A stretch of DNA of 60,619 bases, the filler included, from Bonamia ostreae (Eukaryota): the NCBI GenBank assembly GCA_040357525.1. It is 8 parts of 8 records of this genome, joined end to end, with 100 filler letters (N's around TTAATTAATTAA, not from the genome) between each part and the next. Parts side by side here need not be neighbours in the genome. Positions count along the whole stretch, not along the records: positions 45,592 to 53,055 come from JBDODL010000083.1; positions 53,156 to 60,619 come from JBDODL010000084.1; 6 more parts are not named here. One strand, 5' to 3'. The notes under the pieces are model-generated. The model searched no databases, was not told where the DNA came from, and saw nothing but the letters and a program-made list of their open reading frames with translations. Shown here one piece after another: positions 47,384-58,227 of this stretch. Within the stretch, counting starts at the first letter, position 1; each line of letters opens with the position of its first letter. The position numbers and the translations under genes were made by a program.

Positions 47384-49158
47384 TCATTTAAAAAAGTCAT
47401 GATTCAAAGCTTCTTCAGCTGTGATTCTTTTCGAAAAATCCAATTCTAACAATTTTTCTAACAAGTCCAAAGTCTTTTCGCTCCAAAAACGCTCATTCTC
47501 ACTGGAATTTTTTTTGAACAGTCTTTTAACTTTAAAATTCAAACTTTCTGCATAAATCTGTTAAACAATATTCAGAAGTTTCGAAGTTCATTTCGATTTT
47601 CCGATCTTCTTTCCAAATTTTTAAAATTAACCGTAAATTTTCTTCGCCACGTCTAAATACGAATTTCCGAAAATGCAAATTTGCTCTGCCATCGCCGTCA
47701 AATCATCCGGCGAATAAAAAACGGGATATTGCCTCGTTACAATACTTAACATTATCACGCCCACGGCCCACATGTCGATTGCTAAATTTAAGTGTTTAGC
47801 ATTTAATTTTCGCCATTTCAAACCTTTAGTTTGTTTAGTGGTGCGCAGCAAGACTTCTGGTGGTCTAAATCCTCTCGTTCCGCATCTAGAAACTTGCGGT
47901 AATTGGCTAAACGTTTAAAAATTTACTCTAATTTTTCTCTTTTCTTTTCAAAAAGTCGTCTTTTCAAAATGTGGAAAGGAACGCTAGTTGGCTTAATTTA
48001 GAAAAATGAACGTTTTCGATTTTCTTTTCGTTTTGACCGCTTCTAAAACTCGACGAAAAAGCGGTTTTTAAAGAAGAAATTCCGCTTTTAGATGAGACAG
48101 AGTCTGTTTTTGAAATTTTTGCTGCTTTGTCAAAATTTTTGATCTTTTTTAATGTTTTTTGTTGTTGCTGAAAATGTGATTTTTAATGTTTTGTTGTTGT
48201 AAAAAATGTTTTGCAATTTTTAATGTTTTTGCGATTTTTTGTGTTTTTGGCAATTTTTAATGTTTTTTGTTGTTAAAAAATGTTTTGCAATTTTTAATGT
48301 TTATGCGATTTTTTGTGTTTTTGGCAATTTTTAATGTTTTTTATTGTTAAAAAATGTTTTGCAATTTTTTAATATTTTTGCTCTTTTTTTATTCGGAAAA
48401 GTTTTATATTTTTGTTGTTAAAAATATTTTGCATTTTTAATATTTTTCAATTTTAAACTTTTCGAAAATTTTTGCGCTTACAACTCAGTTTTTTCAATTC
48501 ATCCAATTTTTGTGATAGCCCAAAATCGATTAACAAAAAATTGTCCGTTCCAAATTTATGTAAAAAATTTGGTGGTTTGATATCGCGGTGAATAATATCT
48601 TCTAAATGAATTCGTCTGATAGCAATCAACAAATTTTTCATGTATTTCTTCAGATAATTTTCATTCATTTTTCTAAAATATTTCTAAAATTTTATTGTTT
48701 ATAAAAAATGTTTTTGAATTTTTCAACGTTAATCAAAGTTTTTCCAAGTCAAAATTTAAGCCAAGAAACATGAAAATCATCATGTTCGAAGAATGGTTGA
48801 ACTATAGTAACATTTTCATTATATCTAAACACCTTTTCACATTTCACTACGTTATCTTCTCCTCTTTTTTTATAAATTCAATTTTTTTTAATTTTTGTAC
48901 AATTTGGTAAATTTTGGTAAAACGGCAAAATTTTGATAAAAATAATAAATTTTTTGTGAAACGGCAAAATTTTGAAATTTTCAAAAATTAAAACCAAAAA
49001 TAAAATAAAAAATCAATTTCTTATAATATACATTTTGGGAGCGAAGTATTTTTGATTTTTTTCAAAGCGACCCATTTTCCAGTCGATTTGCTTTTTGCCT
49101 TAAACACCACAGAAAATGTTCCACCGCTTATTTTGTTAATCGAAACATATTCATCCAT
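47384..49158 (-). CDS. CDC7: Cell division cycle 7 kinase; genomic copy has in-frame stops in helix alphaC
   Basis: GGTFSVVFKA, VALKKI..TSLP, GEDNVV..FRYNENVTIVQPFFEHDDF, IIHRDIKPPNFL, LIDFGL, RCGTRGFRPPEVL, IDMWAVGVI, DDLTAMAEQICIFG. Confidence 0.9.
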
Positions 49159-49355
49159 CTTTAACCTAAGAAAAAATTTAATATTTAAATTTTAGCCTGG
49201 ATAACCATTTTGTTTAAATTTAATCATAATTTTTATAACTATCATTTACGCAAAATTGATTTTTACTTTTACCAAATAACATTTTGTTTATAAAAAAATA
49301 ATTTTCTTCAAATTTTGTAATTATTAATTTAATAATTTTTTTGAAAATTTTCAGA

Positions 49356-50405
49356 TCATTTCTGATTTTTCTCGAACTGTGTTCCCTTTTCAATTTGTTC
49401 TTTTTGTGCATCTCTTCTGCTCTCAACACTTTGTTCTATATTGATCACACGAATAAAAGTTTTGTTTAAAAGATCGTTTTCCAGATAGTGTTCCTTCAAA
49501 CCAGATTTCCTCCAACGCTCTCGATCTTTCTCCCGTTTCTCCGACCGCATTCTCCTTCTTCTCAATTTCTCCTCGTTTGTTTCGCCCAAAATGAATCTTT
49601 TCATCTGAAAAAACTTCTTCTCTTCTTCTACCAATTTGTCCAACTTTTTTAAGTCCCAGAATTTCCAGACTTTGTAGATCACAAACAAAAGTATCAGCAG
49701 AAACATCCCCAAAGCCCCGACAGCAAGTCCCAAGTACAAATTCTTGTACTTCGGAATAACCGTCCGCGGCTTCCTTGCGATTCTGATTTCCTTCTCGCCG
49801 TAGAAACTGTTTTCTTCCCATCTGTATTCTGCGCTCTTCTCCCAAAATTCATCTGAAAGGAGTGCGTCGTCTCCGAAATCCATTTTGTCCAAATAAGCGG
49901 TTTTCATCTCAAACGCAAAGTTTCCTTCTAAAGCGGTCCAAGAGTTTTCGTCGTTCATATTGTTAACCAGATTTGCGGAAATCTTGATATTTTCTGTCTC
50001 TCCTTCTTTTCTTCCAAAGAATAAAGGCAATTTGGGCTCCTTCGAGATCATCCAGGCGTAATCGATTCCTTTGCTGAGAACTATTTTTTCGGGGAAGTCG
50101 ATAGTCAGAAAAGGTCTAATTTCAGTCATGTTTAGGTTGAAGTCCTCTTCGAAAAGCGTCGAACTAATTTTATTTTCTGCGGCAACTTTGTATAATCGGA
50201 TAGTCGATAGACATGAGACTTGACCGCACCCGATCGTGAACTTTGGAACATGTACAAAAATCGTTAGTTTTTCGATTTGAACTCTTTTCTCTGCGTTAAA
50301 GAGTTGAGCAAAATTTTTCGTCGCGCCAAAGAACTCGTATTGAACTTTTTTCGATTTTGTAATCAGAAATAAAATGGCGATTTGAACAATAATGATTTTT
50401 CCCAT
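49356..50405 (-). CDS. Orphan type I membrane protein
   Basis: Intronless 349 aa: signal-like N-terminus, single TM (LYLGLAVGALGMFLLILLFVIY), charged tail. Confidence 0.7.
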   Translation of the reverse strand: MGKIIIVQIAILFLITKSKKVQYEFFGATKNFAQLFNAEKRVQIEKLTIFVHVPKFTIGCGQVSCLSTIRLYKVAAENKISSTLFEEDFNLNMTEIRPFLTIDFPEKIVLSKGIDYAWMISKEPKLPLFFGRKEGETENIKISANLVNNMNDENSWTALEGNFAFEMKTAYLDKMDFGDDALLSDEFWEKSAEYRWEENSFYGEKEIRIARKPRTVIPKYKNLYLGLAVGALGMFLLILLFVIYKVWKFWDLKKLDKLVEEEKKFFQMKRFILGETNEEKLRRRRMRSEKREKDRERWRKSGLKEHYLENDLLNKTFIRVINIEQSVESRRDAQKEQIEKGTQFEKNQK

Positions 50406-50744
50406 TAAAAGCGTTATTTAATTTTTTGTTATGTTGCTTCTTTAAAATCAACTATGGTTTTTATTGTTGTCTCTGTATATTATTGATTGGTAACAAAGAT
50501 AAATATTTCATTGACTATGAAGATTGAAAAGATTTTTATCAACGGTTTTAATTTTTAATGAAGAAAATTAATCAGATTTTGGATTGTTTATGATAGCCGT
50601 TGCTGTAATTTAATTGTTATAATTTTTGTTAAATTTTTGCTCAGTACATGTTCTTCTCGTTCTTGAAGCAACAATTTTCGTTATATTTGTTGGATTTTTG
50701 TCTTCCAAAGTCAAAATTTTTTGTTAAAGTCTTAACGTCTCAAC

Positions 50745-51110
50745 AAAACAATATCTTTTAATTTCTTTGCGTTTAAGAAGACCATATTTTTATTTTTTTT
50801 TGCGTTTAAGAAGACCATATTTTTAATTTTTTTACGTCTAAAAAGACCAAATCTTTTAATTTTTTTTGCGTCTGAAAAGACCACATCTTTTAATTTTTTT
50901 TGCGTCTAAAAAGACCACATCTTTTAATTTTTTTTTGCGTTTAAGAAGACCATATTTTTAATTTTTTCGAGTCTAAAAAGACAATATCTTTTAATTTTTT
51001 TGCGTCTAAAAAGACAATATCTTTTAATTTTTTTTGGGTCTAAAAAGACCACATCTTTTAATTTTTTTTGCGTTTAAGAAGACCATATTTTTAATTTTTT
51101 GGGTCTAAAA
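50745..51110. repeat. ~33-bp tandem minisatellite (~11 copies)
   Basis: Variants of ttttaattttttt(t)gcgt(c/t)taa(a/g)aagacca(t/c)at. Confidence 0.93.
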
Positions 51111-51229
51111 TGTATTGGAGTGCCTTTCTCATCCGCTCCGATCTGGACATGAAAATTAGAGAAGACATTCCGACATTTATCAGAATATAACCAACGAAAC
51201 GCGAATTGCAAAAAACGCGAAAATCAAAT

Positions 51230-52970
51230 TTAGTCAATAAACAACTTTACCGAATCTCCGCAACAAGCTAAGAGCCATGGCTGCGAAGGATGAAAAGCGC
51301 AATCCAAAAAGCCTTTTTCTCCCTCAAAATAAGTCAGCGGAACGACCTCCGCGTCTTCAAATTTGTCCGGAACCTGTGAATGAAAAACAAAGAGTTTTCT
51401 GTCCATCGAAGCTGTCGCGAAAAGCGGTCTCTTCGGATGATAAGCCGTCGAACGGATACTCCTCAAATGCTGAGAGTACCTTATCGGCTTCAACGACATC
51501 TCGATGTCGAAGTAGTACATGTAGCTGTCCGCACTGCCCGCGATCAGTTGCGTCTCCGCTTCGTTCAGAGCCATCGAATTGACGTGCGATTGGCCGCATT
51601 TCAAAGTGCACAGTTTTTTCGATTCAGCGAAATCGAAAATTTGGACCGAATTGGCTATTGCGACTAAGAGCCATTTGTGTTTTTTAGCGAAAAGGACTTT
51701 GCTCGGTTTGAGATTTTTGAATGGAATCTGCACCAGTCCTTTCTTCAGATCGACAACAGCGACGAAAGGACTGTCGTTTAAGGTCACTGCGACGTGTTTA
51801 TTGTTTGGATGCCACGTTGCTGATTCTATTTGGTTGTTTATTGTTATTGTGGTGTTTCGGGCATTTTTCGTCAATTTCATTTGCTAAAAATTTTTTTCGA
51901 TAAAAAAAATTTACATTTTTTTGATTTTTGATAAAAAAAATTTTGACCAAAATTAAAAAACATTGTTTTCGATAAATTTGTTAGCAAAATCATTGTTGGC
52001 TTTAAATTCTGTAATGTTTTCAAAAAAGGATTTAACATTTTCTTTGTCGTTTTGATCGTTAAGCAGATTTAAATCGAGAATATCAATTCGACTTATTTGA
52101 TCATATTTTATCAAAATCAATAAAAAGCAGTTTTTAGAAGAAAAGCTGATTTTTAAGGATTTAGCGTTTTGGTCAAAATTGAGGTTTTTTAGACATCTTC
52201 CAGTTTCGATTTCCCATATTTTTACATTGCATTTTTCGTCATCTTTTTATTAAATTTTTTGATAATGTTTACACTCAAAAAATCAATTGTTTTTTTTAAT
52301 TTGGTAAAATTTAGTTTACAGTCAGTCAAAAATTGTAAAGTTTAAAATAAAGCAAAATCAAAAAATTACAAGAAGCAAGCCATTTTCCACAACAACTCAA
52401 ACTAATTCCCTGAACCAAACATTGATGTCCGTCAAAACGCATTCCAATTTTAGTCGGAAAAGGTCTGAATTGCGATCGATCGATTTTTGGAATTTTTTTC
52501 GGTTTCCTTTTTTTCTCCATTTTAGCTAAATCCTGCTTACTCAGACGCGGTTTGGTGAAAATATCGAGACATCTCCGGTAAACCTCCTCAAAGCTATTTT
52601 TATAAAGAGGAATTTTAGTCAAAGAATTTAGCTTTTGCGGCACAAAATCTATTTCGCGTTCTTCTTTGTCCATTTCTTTCCATTCGCGGATTTTGTCTTC
52701 GTCAAATAGGAGATTGGATGGTGGATTGTAGCTTTCTTGGGTTCCAGGCAATTTGAGTTTTGGTGGTGGTTGATAAGGTCGGAAACGAGTCGGCAGTTTG
52801 AAATTTGGAAGATAGTCCGAAAGGTTTTTTTCGGTTTCAACGTCCCAAATCGAAAACGGTATTTGTTTTTTCTCGATTTTTTTAATTTTTGGGATTTTCA
52901 TTAATCGATTTATTTCTTTTGTTTCATGTTTTGATGGATAAAGCTTTTTTCTCGGTTTTTTGTTGCCGAC
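51230..52970 (-). CDS. BOP1: Ribosome biogenesis protein BOP1/Erb1, 5' truncated
   Basis: PSKHE, PPPKLKLPGTQESYNPP, FVPQK, RCLD, RPFP, VKIWEIETGRC, FHPSQPWL. Confidence 0.93.
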
Positions 52971-53344
52971 TTTTTTTATTTCATTTTTAGTAATTATATT
53001 TATTTTTGTTCATTGTTTTTGTATTTTTATATGTTGTTTAGAATGGTTTTTTGGTNNNNNNNNNNNNNNNNNNNNNNNNNNNNNNNNNNNNNNNNNNNNT
53101 TAATTAATTAANNNNNNNNNNNNNNNNNNNNNNNNNNNNNNNNNNNNNNNNNNNNTAAACGTCCGTTCATTTTTTAAACGCCATTTTTAAACGTTCATTT
53201 TTAAATGTCATTTCTAAACGTCCGTTCATTTTTAAACGTTAGTTCATTTTAACGTCATTTTTAAACGTCAATTCATTAAATAATCATTTTTAAACGTCCA
53301 TCATTAAAAATTATGTAATCAGAGTAAATACTTTAAAGAAAACA

Positions 53345-53626
53345 ATACCAAAAATACCGGTTTCTGTATTCAGAAAGAGCCACTACGAATTGGGGTTTTA
53401 CAGACGGCGTTTTACTGATATTAGAAGAAGGCTTTTTTCTAATGTTTTTTGAAGGAGTGCGGAGAGAAAGAGTGTTCGATTGGCTCAGATTGCTGCTCAG
53501 ATTTGCACTCGAAAAATCGGAAAATTTTGTGTTCTGAGAGTGCCGTGTTTCGAGAGACAACTTTTTCCTCGAAGGGAAAGAAGAAACGTCACTAAAGTTA
53601 GATGACGATTTGTTTAACGAAGACAT
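53345..53626 (-). CDS. First exon of a gene, possibly MSH4
   Basis: Ser-rich N-terminus followed by FVVALSEYRNR, reminiscent of the MSH4 connector-domain start; the rest is lost at the contig end. Confidence 0.3.
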
Positions 53627-53777
53627 TTTGCCAATTTTAAATTTACCAAATTTTTCCGAATTTCGAGCAAAATGTTTCGAGCAAAAAATCTGAAACAAAA
53701 TCGTCATCGCATATATTTAAAGCCAACGTCAAAAATCCGAAAAGCCAAATAATGTCAAAAATGCAAAGCAATTTAAG

Positions 53778-54251
53778 TCACGCCCCTGGCTGTGGTCGAT
53801 CACCGAATTCCGGCTTAAAGCCCTCCGGAGCGCCGACTGTTTTCGTCGCCGGCTGTTTCCTGTAGGCGTCGCGTTTTTCCGGCTTGCGTCTCTGCCCTTG
53901 GTCGAAACTGCTCTTTTGCTCGTCGACCGGCTTCGAAAGAGTGTCGGGAATCGCCGACGTGGGCAGATGAAGGAACTCTCTGATGAACTGGATTCCCTTT
54001 ACTTAGTTTTAGACAACGTCGTCGTTCAGCGTGTAGTAGAGGCGCTTCCACGTGGATGTGCTGTCTACGAGTCCTCTGGACTTCAATGAGCGCATTAGAA
54101 GGCGCACGTGGAGATTCGGGATCGGGATCTGCGGGTGCGAGGACAGTTTCGCGTTGTTCTCGACGACCAAAGTGCCCTCTGTTTTGGTGAGTTTAAAACT
54201 TTGAAAGAGATAAGCGTAAACGGAGCGCTGGTTTTTCTTCGAGATGAGCAT
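53778..54251 (-). CDS. RPS10: 40S ribosomal protein eS10
   Basis: MLISKKNQRSVYAYLF..IPNLHV..SLKSRG..YYTLNDD|GIQFIREFLHLP. 21-nt introns 54199-54179 and 54017-53997. Confidence 0.95.
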
Positions 54252-54432
54252 TAACCTAGTAAAATTTAGCAATAAATATATCGACTGACCCTAACTGACA
54301 GAACAATAACAATAAATTTTGCGATGTTCGGTCGGTGAGCAAAAAATCATTTTGCGGTTTAGAAAACTTTATTCTAAAATCGTTTTGCCGTTTTCGATAT
54401 AATAATTTGCAGCTAAATTTTAATCTGTCCAA

Positions 54433-55777
54433 ATGAATCCCTTGCACCCAAACTTCTTCAAGACTCCGAAACTAGTTTCAAAGTTGCGAGGAGCAGATTT
54501 AGACATTTCGGGGAAAGGTTTTCGTAATCTATTGAAGATTCTAACTCCGAAGGTCATGGAAAAGAAACAAACAAAAACTCACATGGCGAACCGAGCTTGT
54601 TTGGATCCGAACCCAACATGAACAAAAAAACGCGATTCGGAAATCGATCAGAAGACATTTTCTTCAACGAAGACATTTCCGCCGGAAACGCAAAAAAATC
54701 TTTCCGCAAAATCGGAGCCGACAACGAACCCATCTTCCCAAAGGGCTTTTCTTGCCAGATCAAGGAACGGGTTTTGCCTCTAAAGAACTCAAAACCACTC
54801 GCCGAAGCTCCCCGCACCACAAACTCGGGCGCGACGGAAACAGTCGTAAACCGCCCAAAACATCGGAAACTCCAAAACTTTGGAAAAAAAGCCGAAAACG
54901 AAAAAATAGACGGCACACAAAAACATTGGAAACTCAAAAAATTGCCTTTCAAACGGAAAAGAAGAGTCCCGAAGTACCCTTCGATCGACGCAGGCGCCTC
55001 CCCCAGATTGCCCCAACTGTCTCGTGCGAGCACGGACAGCTCTGCACCGCTCTCTCCGAGCGACCTCGATAAACTCAAATTGTATTTCGGCCAAGTGCGC
55101 GGGTACTTCGGCCGCCTCAGAAGCGAGCAGAACGCCGTCGTGGCTCGCGCCTACGAAGACTGCCCCGTCGCTCTGAAAGAGGGCGTTTGCGCGCTCAGCG
55201 GCGAAAACTCGAACAACTTTCTCTCGTTTTCACAGTAACCGAAAGACTAGTCCAGAGCGCCGTGGCACGGCTCGAAGAAAGCGTCGCGGCGTGGATCGAA
55301 AGAAAGCCGAAAACCGCGGAAAAGCGGTTGGAGCGCAGAGCTGCGGAAGACAGGAAATCGATTCTTCACTTGCTCTTGAACGCCGCGTCGGGCCGCGTCG
55401 AGAAGTCGAGGCGACTGCTGAAAACAGAAGGGCGCGCGCTGGCGCTCGCTTGCGTGCAACTGGCCTGTTCCAAGTTTTGTTTCGGGTCTTCGCGAGTTCC
55501 CGGGGACGACCAGAACGCGGACGGGAAGCGGGATTTGGTCGAGACCGTCGCGAAGGCGCAGGAAAGCTCTCTTCTGCGCCTACACGAGAGAGGGGCCAGA
55601 TTGTTGCAGAAGTTGGTCGTTTTCGAGACGAGGAAAAAGATGAAGAAAGAAAGAGAGGAGAGAGAAGATGAAAAGAGTGGGTCGAAAGCAAAATCTCAGA
55701 GCAACAGCGAGTTGCAATCGATCATTCTCGGGCTGAACCCGAAAAGCGACAGTGGTTCTGAGAAGGTGGTTGATTAA
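54433..55777 (+). CDS. Hypothetical protein
   Basis: GC-richer coding sequence; three ORFs joined in frame by 20-nt introns (54518-54537 and ~55226-55245). Confidence 0.7.
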
Positions 55778-56089
55778 GTGTTGATTAAATTTTCCGTTTC
55801 CGATTTTTTGTTGAGACGATTTTTTCTGTAGATGGATCAGGTTCTTGGAATATTTTCGTCTTGAATATTAAATTTTGCGTTTGAGCACGTGTGGTTTCTT
55901 GTGATTACATCTTTTTGCATTGTCACAAGATCTAACTTTTAATATGGCATTAAAGTTGAGAGTTTTTTTCTTCTTTGTGATTTTTTCAAAAAATGTTCGT
56001 AAATAAATAAAATGATAATAAAAAAGATAAATAGAATGAATCAGCATAAAAAAGTACTGTCTCAAGAGAGCTTTGGTTTGTTGAGAAGA

Positions 56090-56460
56090 TGACGAAGAAA
56101 ATTTGTCGATGACTTAGTTATCTGGGAATGTTGAAAAGATTTAAATGCGGTAGACAAAAGAATTAAAATTAATCGATACGCGCTTCAAAAAAATCTTACA
56201 TTCTCCCCGAAAATTTGTCTCGATAATATCCGATAGCAAGAGAAAATTACAAAATACTCCAGATTTTTCTGTCAAAATTTTTCTCGCGGAGGAACTAAAA
56301 TATCATTTAAAGAACATTAGTCTTTTCGGCAAAAAAATAACTTGGAAACTTAATAAGTCATATCGTGGACAATTCAAAGAGCGAATCTCTGAAATATTTA
56401 AGTGACAAACACAATTAAAAACACAGTTAGACCATTATTTGAATACTTTTCAAACGCAAT
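56090..56460 (+). mobile_element. Decayed LINE reverse transcriptase fragment (catalytic and thumb region)
   Basis: FVDDLVIW (56102-56125; YADD box), LTFSPK, ITWK and VRPLFEYF (~56426-56449), with stops and frameshifts. Confidence 0.72.
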
Positions 56461-57122
56461 TAGAACTGTGGGGTGAAACATGCGAGACAAATCCAAAGGC
56501 TTGCAGCAGCTTTGGCGTTCCACGAATTGAAAATCAGAAGTCAACGTAGAAACAAGTATTCGTTGTTCTCAGAAAGAAAGTTGATTAAACCTTACAAAGA
56601 ATGGCAGAGAATGAATATGTAAAGTGTAAACTTGAATTTGGAAAAATATAGAAAGATTTGAAACAGTTTCTGAGCTAATGTGTTATCAATAAAAAACAGT
56701 TATCAATGGTAGAGACATTGAACATTTTGACAGCCGATGACGAAACTGAAACAAATAAACATTTTGTAATAGAAAAGGACGGAACTGAAAAGGACGGAAC
56801 ACCCATCCAGAAAAGTGAAAAATCTGCACTGAATTTAAATTTTAAAAAGAAATCTTCAAAATCATCTCGGGAAGAAAAAATGAAAAATAATCAAAGATAA
56901 AAGAAATCTTTCAATGACATTGAAAAGTAAAACTTAACAGTAAAAACAGTTACTCCTAAATGGGATGAGGACATTGATCTGTCCAAACTTAACAGGACTG
57001 GGTCTCCAACAACCACGCTAAAACCGGTTTCCGCCTAGAACAAAACGAAAAAATAAGTGAAAATTTAAATCAGTTCTTATAAAAAACTTAAAGCTAAAAA
57101 AGCTTAAACAGTTCGTATAAAA

Positions 57123-58227
57123 ATGAGCGAAGAAAATTTCCCCCAAAGGTTGAAAGAACACAAAACACAACTGCGCTCCGTCGAAAGTTTTTAGACCAAA
57201 TTAACAAAACTAGAACTGCTCCAGAAAGACCCGGCGAACCAAACTCTCGCCGACGTTTTTACACCTTAAAACATCGCAGCTCCAGAAAGACTTGATAAAC
57301 GTCATCGCGGCGACCGAAAAATTTATCAAGACGAAAAGTCTGAAAGCCGCCCGCAACGCCTCTTCGGAAGCAGACAAAAAACTCGACGCTTCGCCTGAAA
57401 AGAAGGCCATTCCGCGAGAATGGGGAGTCTACAAGAACGACTGGAAAGCCGGCGAGCGCTGCCAAGTAATGTACACGGATCGCCGCTGGTACATGGCGGA
57501 GATCTCCGAGATCGACGCGGAGAATACCGCTTCTCTCATTCTCCTGGACAACGGGAACGAGCACGCGGCGCCATGCAAACGGCTCCGGACTTATGTGCCG
57601 ATGCTGCGGGAGGACGTGCAGAAAGACAGCGACGTGAAGGCGATTTGGGAGTTCGACGGGCTCTTCTACGACTCCAAAGTCGTCGCTCTGAACGAAGACG
57701 GTTTCGAACAAAAATCAATACAAAAATCAAGGGACTTTCCAAGTGCTCTTCGAAAAGTACAACCACAAGGACAACGTGCGGCTGGAAGACATCCAGCCGA
57801 AGCCGAAGAAGCAGCAGAGGAAGACGGCGATCTCGTTTCGGGACGAGGACGGACACGTAACATATTTTATTGAAGATAAAAGAAAAGTTCGATGTCCCGG
57901 AGGACTTGCTGCCGAACGAGAAAGACTCGGAATTCGTGGCGACGCGGAAGCGCAAGCGCATAAAGCAGCTGAAGACGGAGCACAAAAAGTTGAGAGCGGA
58001 GGTTTTTTTGTTTAGCGAAGGAAGTGCGGCTTTCGAAGCAGCGCAACTGGCGCGATTTCCACAAATCGATGGTGAGCAACAAGTTCCGGAGCCACAAGTA
58101 CGAGAAGACCAAAAAGTCCATTTTCTCCACTGATTTGATCGGGAACGTGGGAGCCACGGAACCTTCCCGGTTCAACAAAAACCCGAATCAGCGCAAACAT
58201 GCGCAGCTCAAGACTCTCCATCCTTAG
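57123..58227 (+). CDS. SMNDC1: SPF30/SMNDC1-like splicing factor with two Tudor domains
   Basis: LKEHKTQLRSVE..LLQKDPAN..LQKDLINVI, WKAGERCQVMYTDRRWY.A.I, AIWEFDGLFYDSKV, NWRDF, KKSIFST. Five introns of 19-31 nt. Confidence 0.8.

Noticed and set aside
50745-51110. 33-bp repeats (also the 57-bp and 27-bp arrays) as CRISPR arrays
   Set aside because: Head-to-tail units without unique spacers, eukaryotic context and no cas genes.
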